The notes under the pieces: model-generated
Database searches by the model: none
Told to the model about the DNA's origin: nothing
What the model saw: the letters and a program-made list of their open reading frames with translations, nothing else
NCBI RefSeq assembly: GCF_000341395.1
Contig: NC_020305.1
Location: 1 to 32,000, forward strand
Source: Desulfocapsa sulfexigens DSM 10523
Lineage (GTDB): Bacteria > Desulfobacterota > Desulfobulbia > Desulfobulbales > Desulfocapsaceae
Direction: 5' to 3'
DNA length: 32,000 nucleotides
Position numbers and translations under genes: made by a program
In this document: positions 7,809 through 17,097 of the stretch, in pieces
How positions within the stretch are numbered: position 1 is the stretch's first letter
Layout: the number at the start of each line of letters is the position of its first letter

Positions 7809-8875
7809 GCTATCCAACAAATACATCAGACATTGAGGTTCCATTTCTCAAAATTTCAGGCTCTCCCAAAGAAATGGGCCTAACTCATGGAGAAACATAT
7901 CGTAATTTAATAGGAACTCTCTTCGAAATACGCCATGAATTACTCTTAAAAGGTGCCAAAGGATCTGATGAAAATAAAATTGAAGACATAGCGTATTCTT
8001 TCTGGAAATATATCAGCAATTTTGACAAGCCCTTAGCAATAGAATTGGAATCAACAGCCAAAGCAGCGAATATTCTTCCATGGAAGCTGGTTGTTGCAGG
8101 TGGTTTCACTGATCTTATGGATGCGCTTTCAACTACTATTCATCCAGATTATCATGAATGCACCGTTGCCATCGACCCTGCCAAAGGCTTCATCGCTGGA
8201 ACATGGGACAGCCACCCCGAAGCAGGAGAAGCACTAATCCTGTTAGAACGACACCCGAATAACGGCCCTGCAACTCTAGCCCTCACAACAGCTGGCTGGC
8301 CATGTCAACAAGGCCTCAATAGTTATGGTGTTGGATTTGCGATTACCAATCTCACCCCAAACAAATCTTCAAAACATGGCCTAGTTTATATTGCTGCTAA
8401 TGCTTTCTTAGGAACAGCACAAAGTACATCTCACATCTTAAACCAGCTAAAAACAGAAACTTATTGCTCAGGCCATTCTTACATTGTTCTTGATAGAACT
8501 GGATCTGGTGCAATTATGGAAACAACCAACACCACAACTAATATTTTACAAATTAACTCTCTCACCACCAAGGCTAATCATTACCTATCTGGGCCACAAA
8601 GCATTGATAACAACAGTAATTATCTCTACTATGACTACAGTATTTCACGTGAAAAGGAATTACATGAGAACATATCCCAAATGGCTAATGCACAAGATTT
8701 TCCTAGTTGCCTCTTTAATTCTCAGAAAGTCAATCGTACTGATAGTTCTCAGGTAGCTATCACTTGCGCACATTTTCTAATTTCGGTAATCGATAATACG
8801 ATTTGGTACGCAAAAGGCCCTGCTCTTCCTCCTCTAAAATATCAGATGCTATCAAAAACATTAAGTGACGAGTAA
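7805..8875 (+). CDS. Peptidase C45 / acyl-CoA:6-APA acyltransferase-like Ntn hydrolase
   Basis: N-terminal FLKISGSPKEMGLTHGE, the candidate nucleophile context HECTVAI, then GTWDS and the ...GHSYIVLDRTG... core are typical of the C45 family. The start overlaps the upstream stop (ATGA at 7805-7808). Confidence 0.65.
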   Translation: MSYPTNTSDIEVPFLKISGSPKEMGLTHGETYRNLIGTLFEIRHELLLKGAKGSDENKIEDIAYSFWKYISNFDKPLAIELESTAKAANILPWKLVVAGGFTDLMDALSTTIHPDYHECTVAIDPAKGFIAGTWDSHPEAGEALILLERHPNNGPATLALTTAGWPCQQGLNSYGVGFAITNLTPNKSSKHGLVYIAANAFLGTAQSTSHILNQLKTETYCSGHSYIVLDRTGSGAIMETTNTTTNILQINSLTTKANHYLSGPQSIDNNSNYLYYDYSISREKELHENISQMANAQDFPSCLFNSQKVNRTDSSQVAITCAHFLISVIDNTIWYAKGPALPPLKYQMLSKTLSDE

Positions 8876-8876
8876 A

Positions 8877-10559
8877 ATGAAAATAGCAATTATATTCCCA
8901 CCAATTTTTGACCCTTCAATGCCATACTTGGCACCTTTTCAGCTGAAATCTTACATAAAAAAGCGTAGACCTTCATGTGAAATAGATGTCTGCGACCTAA
9001 ACATTCTTTTCTTTAATAGCATTGTAAATAACCCATACAAAAATTTTAACTACAGTTTAAACAATACCTCGTCATATGAATCAATTATTACATGTGAAAG
9101 CAGTATCACAAGCGCGTTATCTAATTGGTCTCAAACCCATGGCGTTGAAATAACAAGACAAAGTGCTGACTATTTTTTTGATACCAGCAATTCTGAAGGC
9201 TATGAATCATTTTTAGAAAATACGACACCATTTGAAAACTACCTAAGCAACCTTATAATCAATCATATTGACATTCCAAAATATGATCTTTTCTTCTTCT
9301 CTATTACTTCTTATGAACAGCTCCTCCCCTCTTTAATCCTGTCTAAAATTGTAAAGTCGATGAACAAAACGACGAATATTTGCCTTGGGGGAAATATTAT
9401 ATCAAGAATTTTCAAAGGGCTCCTTAATAGTCCCCTGCTAACTTCTATTGATTTCCTTGTCATTAAAGAAGGAGAACTACCTAGCGTAAATCTTGTCGAT
9501 TATCTATCAAATCGTAAGCCTGGTAACCTAACCAATAGTCTCATTGAAGTTTCAACCAAAAAAGTTATCGACAGAACTCAGAAATCTAAAATTTTTGAAA
9601 TAGACCAAATTCCTACTATTGAATTTAACGAAGAAGAGTTAGGCTTATATTTCTCACCTGAACCTGTGATACCAATTTCATTGGCTAGGGGTTGCAGCTG
9701 GGGAAAGTGTTCATATTGCGGCATTCACACGGTATGGGGTTCCGGATATCGAACAAAGCTCCCCATTAAACTTGCTAATGAAATTGAGAATCACAAAAGA
9801 AGGTATTCAACTAATAATTTCCGCTTAATTGACGAATCTCCTGCAATCAAAGACCTACTTAAACTCTCCGACGAACTAATCAGTAAAAACCTTGAAGTCA
9901 ACATCGAAACTTATTTAAACCTAAGCTCAGCACTTTCAGATCGAGAAACAACAAATACACTTTACGAAGCAGGATTCAACCAGCTATTTCTTGGAATTGA
10001 AAGTTTGAACAAGGAATTATTGACAGAAATTGGTAAATCCATAAATCACCCCAACCGGTATGCTGATTTACTTGAAAGTACACACGAAGCAGGGATATCA
10101 AACTATTCCTTCCTTATGGTTGGCCTACCTAATGATTCAATCAATAATGAATTAGAAGTTGAGAAGTTTGTACTTTCAAATAGTGACATTGATACAATAG
10201 CTATTTCAAGCTTTATACCACTCAGCAACTCACCAATGTATTCAGACATCAGCTTTCAATCCAAACACGGTATCAAGTTTACACCCAGGGGGCCATTGAC
10301 AACTAGGTGTGATTACAAAACAAATAACAGAGACGTCAGTGAAGAAACCAATAATAGAGCCAAGGCAATGGCTAATCGGATCTTCATAGGACGAAGAGAT
10401 CTCTGCCTCTCTAGCAATATCCCCTATGAATCCCGGTTTTATTTAATCAATAAATTTGGAAACAATTGCTTTAAGGACTTAGCAAAAGCCACCAGTTTCA
10501 GTTTTAATGAACCTCTGATAAGTACAGAGCTAGACGGCAGGCTTACTGGCCTAAAATAA
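8877..10559 (+). CDS. B12-binding-domain radical SAM protein
   Basis: The N-terminal MKIAIIFPP... is a Rossmann-like B12-type domain. The cluster motif ARGCSWGKCSYCG is followed by LFLGIESLN and SFLMVGLP, which are characteristic of radical SAM cores. The ATG at 8877 lies 1 nt after the upstream stop, so I prefer it to the GTG at 8865. Confidence 0.7.
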   Translation: MKIAIIFPPIFDPSMPYLAPFQLKSYIKKRRPSCEIDVCDLNILFFNSIVNNPYKNFNYSLNNTSSYESIITCESSITSALSNWSQTHGVEITRQSADYFFDTSNSEGYESFLENTTPFENYLSNLIINHIDIPKYDLFFFSITSYEQLLPSLILSKIVKSMNKTTNICLGGNIISRIFKGLLNSPLLTSIDFLVIKEGELPSVNLVDYLSNRKPGNLTNSLIEVSTKKVIDRTQKSKIFEIDQIPTIEFNEEELGLYFSPEPVIPISLARGCSWGKCSYCGIHTVWGSGYRTKLPIKLANEIENHKRRYSTNNFRLIDESPAIKDLLKLSDELISKNLEVNIETYLNLSSALSDRETTNTLYEAGFNQLFLGIESLNKELLTEIGKSINHPNRYADLLESTHEAGISNYSFLMVGLPNDSINNELEVEKFVLSNSDIDTIAISSFIPLSNSPMYSDISFQSKHGIKFTPRGPLTTRCDYKTNNRDVSEETNNRAKAMANRIFIGRRDLCLSSNIPYESRFYLINKFGNNCFKDLAKATSFSFNEPLISTELDGRLTGLK

Positions 10560-10852
10560 CAAGATAAATAAATCTACGGAAAATAGAGTTGTTAACTGTT
10601 CAGCCGCAATCGCATAGCACTATATTTTGTAAACAGGAGCGTTAGGATTACAATTTAAGTTTAAATCATGTGTTTCTTCCAAATAACCATTCTATTTTAC
10701 CTTTCGTTATCTTAAGGTAAGGTCTCTGCGTAGGCACTGTCTTCAAATCTAAATCATCCTTCATACAAGCCTTCCAATGCAATTGATATTCATCTTGATA
10801 TTCCACTCCTATTATGTTCTATGATTTATATGCCAACAATATCAACAATCAG

Positions 10853-10880
10853 AAGAATGATAAAAGGTGTATAAATGATA
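10853..10880 (+). promoter_or_regulatory. Bipartite motif AAGAATGATA-N7-TATAAATGATA (copy 3), overlapping the parA start codon
   Basis: In AAGAATGATAaaaggtgTATAAATGATA, the ATG inside the second half-site (10875-10877) is the ParA start. Confidence 0.5.
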
Positions 10881-11507
10881 GTGGCAATAGTTAACCAAAA
10901 AGGCGGCACGGGCAAAACCACGATAGCCGTCAACCTCGCTTTTGGAACCGCTAACGCAAAATATCCTACCGCCCTGGTCGATGCCGATACCCAGGCAACC
11001 TGTCTCCATTTTTATGGTAACCAGGACATAGAAAACCTTACCGTCTGTTCTGCCGGTGATGATGTCCGGGAAACGGTGCAACAGTTGAGCAAGGATCACC
11101 GCTTTGTTTTTATAGACACAGCCCCTCACGATAACGATTCCATGTACCTTGCCATGGTCACTGCTGATCTGATAATCATCCCCACCAGACCACGGCCCTT
11201 TGATCTTCACTCCTCGGAAAAGGTAGTGGAGATGCTCCGGAGTATCGAGAACGAGTATGGCTACACGCCCTGCTATTTCCTCCTCAATCAAGTAAAACAC
11301 GGTACCATTCTCGGCAGGGAAACCCTGGATTATATCCAGCACAACTTTGAACTGCCTGTCCTGAAAACCCAGATCCATGATTATGAGATTTACGGACAGG
11401 CGCCATTATCCGGACAATCCGTATTCCTCTACGCACCCAAGCATAAAGCAGCTCAAGAGTTGAGAAACCTGCTGCGAGAGATGAACAAAATATACAAATC
11501 TCAATAA
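10875..11507 (+). CDS. parA: ParA/Soj-type partition ATPase
   Basis: Deviant Walker A VNQKGGTGKTT, Walker A' VDADTQA, and Walker B VFIDTAP. The size (210 aa) fits type Ib ParA. Confidence 0.85.
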   Translation: MIVAIVNQKGGTGKTTIAVNLAFGTANAKYPTALVDADTQATCLHFYGNQDIENLTVCSAGDDVRETVQQLSKDHRFVFIDTAPHDNDSMYLAMVTADLIIIPTRPRPFDLHSSEKVVEMLRSIENEYGYTPCYFLLNQVKHGTILGRETLDYIQHNFELPVLKTQIHDYEIYGQAPLSGQSVFLYAPKHKAAQELRNLLREMNKIYKSQ

Positions 11508-11583
11508 TGATATATGACACATAAATATTATATATGTTTTATGGCATTTAAAACCCAACTATGATATATAAAATATAAATCAT
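11503..11583 (+). promoter_or_regulatory. Two further (degenerate) copies of the bipartite motif, upstream of the RHH gene
   Basis: 11503-11529 reads AATAATGATAtatgacaCATAAATATT. 11560-11583 reads tATGATAtataaaaTATAAATCAT. Both keep the 7-nt spacer. Confidence 0.4.
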
Positions 11584-11611
11584 TCATATAATTATAGACA
11601 GGAGGTAATCC

Positions 11612-11881
11612 ATGGGCTTGCTCGACAGCACAGTGATGAAGCAGAAAAAACCAATCAGCAAGAGCAGTGAAGAAATATTAGCTGCCAGGCGTAAAACCAC
11701 TCCGACTGTAAAAGGCAAGGCCGGGAGACCTGCCAAGTACCCAAGAGATGAAAACACCAAGCGCATGAATGTGTTTATCCCTGGTGATATCCACAAACAG
11801 CTCAGACAGGCGAGTGTCGATTTGGATGCTTCGATGAATGAAATTATTGTTGATGCTTTACTGGCAAAGTTCAAGAAGTGA
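11612..11881 (+). CDS. Ribbon-helix-helix protein; ParG/omega-like partner of ParA
   Basis: A Lys/Arg-rich disordered N-terminus is followed by KRMNVFIPGDIHKQLRQASVDLDASMNEIIVDALLAKF, a beta-strand plus two helices. GGAGG precedes the ATG. Confidence 0.65.
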   Translation: MGLLDSTVMKQKKPISKSSEEILAARRKTTPTVKGKAGRPAKYPRDENTKRMNVFIPGDIHKQLRQASVDLDASMNEIIVDALLAKFKK

Positions 11882-12101
11882 GGCACAGGGGGGACAATAA
11901 GATCCTGGCTACTATTGAACAAGTGGAGTGGGCCAGAAACATACTCTCCATACCGATACTATAACGAATATGCGGCGGAACACTTTAGAGAAGAAATTTA
12001 ACAAAAACATATTTGTTTAGGTTTTTATTTTTAACACAAGAGAAATATGTTGAATATTATTTTACAACATGAAAAATTCACATCAACAGTTACATGTATC
12101 T

Positions 12102-14786
12102 TTACGACTCGTTCGTATCGTGTGCAGGTTTAAGATTAAACCTGCCATGATCGTGTTTGTAACACACTATTTCAGCACGTAATTGATCACCCGCATCAAA
12201 CTCTTCAAGTAATAACGCGCCAGCATCTTTAAGTTTATTAAATTCAGAAATGTGTATCAAGCCAGTGCCTTCAATACCAAATTCAACGAACAGGCCGTAT
12301 TTCTTTATCCCTGTTACCTGGCAGTCAACTACTCTACCAGGAGGATATTTTTTTTGTAATGTTTCCGTATCAGAAGTACTACTTGCCTTCTCTTTTAGTT
12401 TTTGGACATATTCTTTTGGTTCTGTAATATTGCAAAAATCATGAATTCTCTCTTCTGCTAATATAGCTTCAGGGTTTGCCAGATAACTATCTTTATATTC
12501 TTCTAAGTAAGATAGCAAAACTGAGGCATTATCAACTGATGAAGAGTATGACATGTGTCCTTTACCTTTACTCCCAATTAATCTATCTGCTATATCTTCC
12601 GCAATGCGTGCATCTTTAAACCATACATCTTCAGAACACGTTGAAAGGTAATCTAAATTTATGAGTAAATCCAGATGGACATGTCCAGATGGAGCAATTG
12701 AAATAAGGTCATCAATTGAAAATTGATTGATGTTTTGAGACTCAGTTGATATACATCCCGCCTTGATTAGTTCAGATATTTCATCAGATAACCTTCTTTC
12801 GTCATGCCCATATGCTACTAGTTCATTAATGATTGTCGCGGTTTTATGATACCCAAGCATCCCGCTTGGACCTTTAGTTCGATATTTTTTCTTTAACCAA
12901 GATAAAACTGACAACCTCGCAAAAGGATCTGGTATTATATCTTCTGGAAAAGATGCAAAAATATTTTTAACGAGGCTGTTAGCATCATTGTAGTACCTTC
13001 TGTTCCCGCGAAAAAGAACCCTGGTAACGATATGCTTTGGTAAAACATAATCACCCTTTGCATGCCTTATTTTAAATATCTGGTCTTCATGAATGTGTCC
13101 ACTTTTGCAAAAATCAAGAAAAATTTCCAACCCTTTTCTGATATTTGACCCAGCAATTCCTGAAACTATTCGCCTAAAAAGTGCATCATTTTGGAATAGT
13201 GAACGCAAAATACAAGCTAAATAATATGCTTGTTCAGATTGTGGATATTCAACTCGAAATCCATTTGGAAGAACATAGGACAATGAATTCTCTTTCTCCG
13301 TATCCATTTCAGCGAGAGCAAGTTTGACTCTCTTGTAAAGAACATCCATGAATAGTGGCGCATCAATTCGGAAGACTAAATCTTTGATGACTGTATCTAG
13401 TGGTGGTTCTGTTCTGTGGTGATCATATGTGGTGTCACGGATAGGTAGAAATACTAGACATCTACATGTTTTTTGGAGCCATTTCGCTACATCAAACATT
13501 AGCAATTGGTCGTCTCGATTCCGTTTGTCACTATTATCAAGTGACACAATTAATAACTTTTGTCTCTCAGCACAAAAATGGCGAATACATGCATTCATAG
13601 TTGCATCTGTATCACCTTGCACTCTGATCAACTCATCCGCCAAAAGGCTTTTATATTTGTCTGAATACTCGTCAAAATAGGCCCCAGCACCTTTTTTAAT
13701 TTTATTAAGCTCAACACTATATAATTTTTCTAAAAAAGGTAGACTGTCGAAATCAATATCAGCGTTATGGTTCCTGAATTCATTAATTATCTCATTCTCC
13801 AACCAAGAATAAATCACCCCTCTTGAAAGAGGTGCCAGATTCATATTAATGGATATCCACACAGTTGATTCTTTAATTTCTTCAGGTAAGGAGACTTCCC
13901 TTAGATAATCAATGAATGTTGATTTTCCGCTCCCAACACCTCCAATAAGAACTAATAATTGGTGGTGAAGTTTGTCGTTTGGTGTAAGAGTTCTCAACAG
14001 TTCACTTGGGTCTGTCGTTGAAATTTGATGAGCATCTGTGATACTTGGCGGATTTGCTGCGCGGATTATTTTGTCAATCGGATCTACATGTCTGAGGCGC
14101 CTTGTTGATTTTACATAAGCTTTCTTAACAATGTTTTTTCTTTCCTCCTCTGATTCAGGGTTGAACAAATGCCGATACTCAAGTGCCAAAGTATTACCAA
14201 ACGAATTTAGCTTCACTTCCTCATTTCTTACTGATCGTCCTCCTATAATGTTTGTAGGTCTCTTAAATTGAACATTGCCTCTCAATTTTTTTTGTTCTAC
14301 ATCAGAGAATTTTTCTAAATTTACCTTACAACCAAATGTAATCAATTTTGCGAGATTTGGATGAGATGCGTCTATTTCAGTATTAGAAATTTCTAGTAAT
14401 ATTGAACTGTCATCCCATGAGCCACAAATTGTACGTAATGAATTCGTTGCGATTAATTTCTGACAAGGATTAAAATGAGAAGGAAAAAGTGAATTTATTT
14501 CACCTGCATATAGCCTTGCTTCACGAATAGCCTCTTCAAGGTTGTTATCCTCTGGATGTTTTGCTTCAATTACAAGAACAGGAAGGCCGTGTAAGATAAC
14601 TATATAGTCCGGATAGTATAGTTTTTTTGCCCTTCCCTTGTCTATTTCAAGCTGCCTAATATCTGGCTTGGTTCTAAAGTCGCATGAAGAGTATCCTAAC
14701 CCAACAGGTTGACTATTAGTAAGTAGTGGAAGAATGAACTTCTGCTCGACATCGCTTTCATTCTTTATATCTTTCTCAGAAATCAT
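12102..14786 (-). CDS. 894-aa fusion: HsdR-N-type PD-(D/E)xK nuclease, P-loop NTPase, helical region, and C-terminal S1 (OB-fold) domain
   Basis: aa 10-95, ESDVEQKFILPLL...YPDYIVI...VLVIEAKHP...AIREARLYA, matches the type I restriction R-subunit N-terminal nuclease motif (D60, E74, K76). Walker A is LIGGVGSGKST (aa 280-290) and Walker B is LLIVSLDNSD (aa 411-420). aa 816-886, GRVVDCQVTGIKKYGLFVEFGIEGTGLIHISEF...GDQLRAEIV..., is a canonical S1 domain. Confidence 0.7.
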   Translation of the reverse strand: MISEKDIKNESDVEQKFILPLLTNSQPVGLGYSSCDFRTKPDIRQLEIDKGRAKKLYYPDYIVILHGLPVLVIEAKHPEDNNLEEAIREARLYAGEINSLFPSHFNPCQKLIATNSLRTICGSWDDSSILLEISNTEIDASHPNLAKLITFGCKVNLEKFSDVEQKKLRGNVQFKRPTNIIGGRSVRNEEVKLNSFGNTLALEYRHLFNPESEEERKNIVKKAYVKSTRRLRHVDPIDKIIRAANPPSITDAHQISTTDPSELLRTLTPNDKLHHQLLVLIGGVGSGKSTFIDYLREVSLPEEIKESTVWISINMNLAPLSRGVIYSWLENEIINEFRNHNADIDFDSLPFLEKLYSVELNKIKKGAGAYFDEYSDKYKSLLADELIRVQGDTDATMNACIRHFCAERQKLLIVSLDNSDKRNRDDQLLMFDVAKWLQKTCRCLVFLPIRDTTYDHHRTEPPLDTVIKDLVFRIDAPLFMDVLYKRVKLALAEMDTEKENSLSYVLPNGFRVEYPQSEQAYYLACILRSLFQNDALFRRIVSGIAGSNIRKGLEIFLDFCKSGHIHEDQIFKIRHAKGDYVLPKHIVTRVLFRGNRRYYNDANSLVKNIFASFPEDIIPDPFARLSVLSWLKKKYRTKGPSGMLGYHKTATIINELVAYGHDERRLSDEISELIKAGCISTESQNINQFSIDDLISIAPSGHVHLDLLINLDYLSTCSEDVWFKDARIAEDIADRLIGSKGKGHMSYSSSVDNASVLLSYLEEYKDSYLANPEAILAEERIHDFCNITEPKEYVQKLKEKASSTSDTETLQKKYPPGRVVDCQVTGIKKYGLFVEFGIEGTGLIHISEFNKLKDAGALLLEEFDAGDQLRAEIVCYKHDHGRFNLKPAHDTNES

Positions 14787-15009
14787 TCAATTTCCCTCGA
14801 TTAAGCCTATTAATTGTTCATTTGGCAGTTTCAAAGTATACTAGCAATACAGTCATATCCATATATTCACATACATATGCCACAACATTCGAAGTCAACA
14901 TATTTCCAACTCTCTATTTTAATCCAAAACAAAGATATTGAGGATATAGACTGAGTTGGTAATACGGAAATAATGAATTAATTATTCCACTAGTTACATA
15001 TTCAAACAT

Positions 15010-16305
15010 TTAAACATCCTCCCCCAGCCGCTCCCCAATAAAAACAGCTAACATCCCCTCAACCATTCCAGGGGTCACCCCTGCCTCATCATATCGTTTC
15101 AGCACAATCGTGTTGCCGGTCGCCACTAGGTTCTCGCGGAATTCAGCCAAAAAAGCTTCTCTCTCCCCTTCCCCCATGGATTCATACCGTGACATGGCAA
15201 GTTCCTGTTTCTGCCTTTTTTCGGCTTCCTGGCCATCTTCCTGCTGTTTTTTAGCTATCCTCTCCTGGATAACAGCTTTTTGCTGTACTTCATACTCCAC
15301 TTCAATAATTGATTCCTGCGGCTTCCATCCCTCTTCAATGGCCTTCCTGGCAATGCCTCCGACACTCTCCACCTTCTGGCCGCGCTTTCGCACCTTGTTT
15401 ATATATTCTCTTGCCATCTGCAAGGCCGCCTTAATGTGATCATGGCCGTACTCTTCCACCAGCTCCTGTGCTTTTTTCTCGGGAGAAATACCGAACTCCA
15501 TGATCAGAATATCTTCCATGGAGGTCTGCCCTCCCCTGTCACTTATTCCTGGAAGCTCCATCTGCTGATAGCGTTTATTTTTGCTCCAGGTAAACTCAAT
15601 CTCCTGTACCTTCCGTCCCTTCTTGATCTGGATAAAATCAAATTGAACATCGGTCTTGGCGGCTATATCCTTTTTGGCTGGCAACAGAACTTTTGATTTA
15701 AAATGACCAAACAGCCGGTATGTTCCTTCGGGAATGGCCAGATATTCACGGAGCCAGGAAAGCTCAACTCTTGCAGATTTGCGGTGATCCACATTGGCAA
15801 GCCCCTGGTTGTACTTGATGAACTGATAAATTCGCAGGGAGTAGTGATTTCTTAGACGAATGACCGCCCTTGCTTCTCCAAGGGTGGTGAAATTACCTTT
15901 CAGGGCAAGAAGAAACGGTTTGAGGGTCGGGTCAAAGCGTAATTCAACACACCCTTTCCCTGGGATAATAGAGGCGGAAGAGCACCAGGTGGTTTTGTCG
16001 ATCCGGCCATCTGCCTTTTCATCCGGATTGATCCAGCGAATAACCTTCTTCAGCAGCCCTTCTGTGGCCTCATCAAAACGAGCATAGAGATCATTGCGGC
16101 TGCCCCCCATGATATTGCAGAGTTCCCTGATGGATATCCGGTAGGGCTTGAAATCCTTATCACCTCGTTGGATCAGCGACAGCATATAGAGCACCAACCG
16201 CTGTTCGTTAATCTTCAATTGCGGCCATTGTGCTTCTATGAGCAGATCATTAGAGGCAGCTATCAGACCACCGCCCTCTTCCTTTTTGATCACCTCGTCA
16301 GTCAA
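15010..16305 (-). CDS. repA: Rep_3-family plasmid replication initiator
   Basis: SNDLIEAQWPQLKINEQRLVLYMLSLI...YRISIRELCNIMG...Y..F.EATEGLLKK is the typical Rep_3 N-terminal winged-helix signature. Iterons lie immediately upstream. A charged C-terminal extension is present. Confidence 0.8.
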   Translation of the reverse strand: MTDEVIKKEEGGGLIAASNDLLIEAQWPQLKINEQRLVLYMLSLIQRGDKDFKPYRISIRELCNIMGGSRNDLYARFDEATEGLLKKVIRWINPDEKADGRIDKTTWCSSASIIPGKGCVELRFDPTLKPFLLALKGNFTTLGEARAVIRLRNHYSLRIYQFIKYNQGLANVDHRKSARVELSWLREYLAIPEGTYRLFGHFKSKVLLPAKKDIAAKTDVQFDFIQIKKGRKVQEIEFTWSKNKRYQQMELPGISDRGGQTSMEDILIMEFGISPEKKAQELVEEYGHDHIKAALQMAREYINKVRKRGQKVESVGGIARKAIEEGWKPQESIIEVEYEVQQKAVIQERIAKKQQEDGQEAEKRQKQELAMSRYESMGEGEREAFLAEFRENLVATGNTIVLKRYDEAGVTPGMVEGMLAVFIGERLGEDV

Positions 16306-16412
16306 AGCAATACACCCTATTTACTTGTTAATTGTATGATTCTACTGTATCAGTAACACTTAAATACCGATGCTATCACCTGTCAAGAAAATAGTGATAG
16401 TTAGTTTCTGCA

Positions 16413-16708
16413 CATCCGAGAATGGTGATAGTTAAGAAAGAATCAGGGAGTAATTACCCTCCAATCATTACGCTAATGGGCACATCCGAGAATGGTGATA
16501 GTTCATCCGAATTCGGTGATAGTTGAGAAAGAGTAAAGCAAACAATGCCCCTGTAACCCTTACTGGCAAGTACTTTACTGCCTATGTGTTCTCAATATCC
16601 ATTCCCCCGAGAATAGTGATAGTTCATCCGAGAATGGTGATAATAACTCCGAGTTTAGTGATAGTTCATCCGAGTTTGGTGATAGTTAGTCCGAGAATGG
16701 TGATAGTT
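16413..16708. repeat. Iteron array (21-bp unit CATCCGAGAATGGTGATAGTT); probable oriV
   Basis: Copies at 16413-16433 and 16483-16503, then 16504-16524 in tandem. Five contiguous head-to-tail copies span 16604-16708, and a partial copy lies near 16389-16403. An AT-rich stretch follows at 16709-16800. The array is upstream of repA. Confidence 0.85.
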
Positions 16709-16857
16709 TGAGCAAAATATTCTTTATTTTTCATGTAATTACGTCACCTGTAATAACAACAAATAATACAAATATAAAAACAACAACATGGTCGGCAAGC
16801 CGCCCGCTCTTTTTGCTGTCTGTTTTTTTATTTTTATAAATCAACAAAGGAGAGACA

Positions 16858-17079
16858 ATGGGACCACTAGGGGAACAATGTAAAAGGTGCTATTTCTTTG
16901 AAGAAGATGATTCAAGTAAAGTGTTTGGTCTGGGAGTGTGTATGAGGTTTCCTCCAGCAACACCCCCAGAAAATGATTTACGTCGTCCTGATGAGCCTGA
17001 AGTAGGAAGACATCCCTGGCGGCCAACAGTTGTACATAGGGAGAGGTGGTGTGGCGAATACAAAATTGGTGATAAATGA
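16858..17079 (+). CDS. Small Cys-containing hypothetical protein, 73 aa
   Basis: AAGGAGAG lies 4 nt before the ATG. CKRC...C...C spacing suggests a small metal-binding fold. No family recognised. Confidence 0.45.
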   Translation: MGPLGEQCKRCYFFEEDDSSKVFGLGVCMRFPPATPPENDLRRPDEPEVGRHPWRPTVVHRERWCGEYKIGDK

Positions 17080-17097
17080 TAATCTTGAACAGTATAG

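Noticed and set aside
10842-11378. 178-aa ORF antisense to parA
   Set aside because: The plus strand encodes a textbook ParA with Walker motifs. The antisense ORF has no recognisable features.
16413-16708. Possible CRISPR array, and ORF 16523..16711 (..PRIVIVHPRMVIITPSLVIVHPSLVIV..)
   Set aside because: The repeats are 21 bp and directly abutting, with no unique spacers, and they sit upstream of a Rep_3 gene, so they are iterons. The ORF's periodic peptide is simply the repeat translated.
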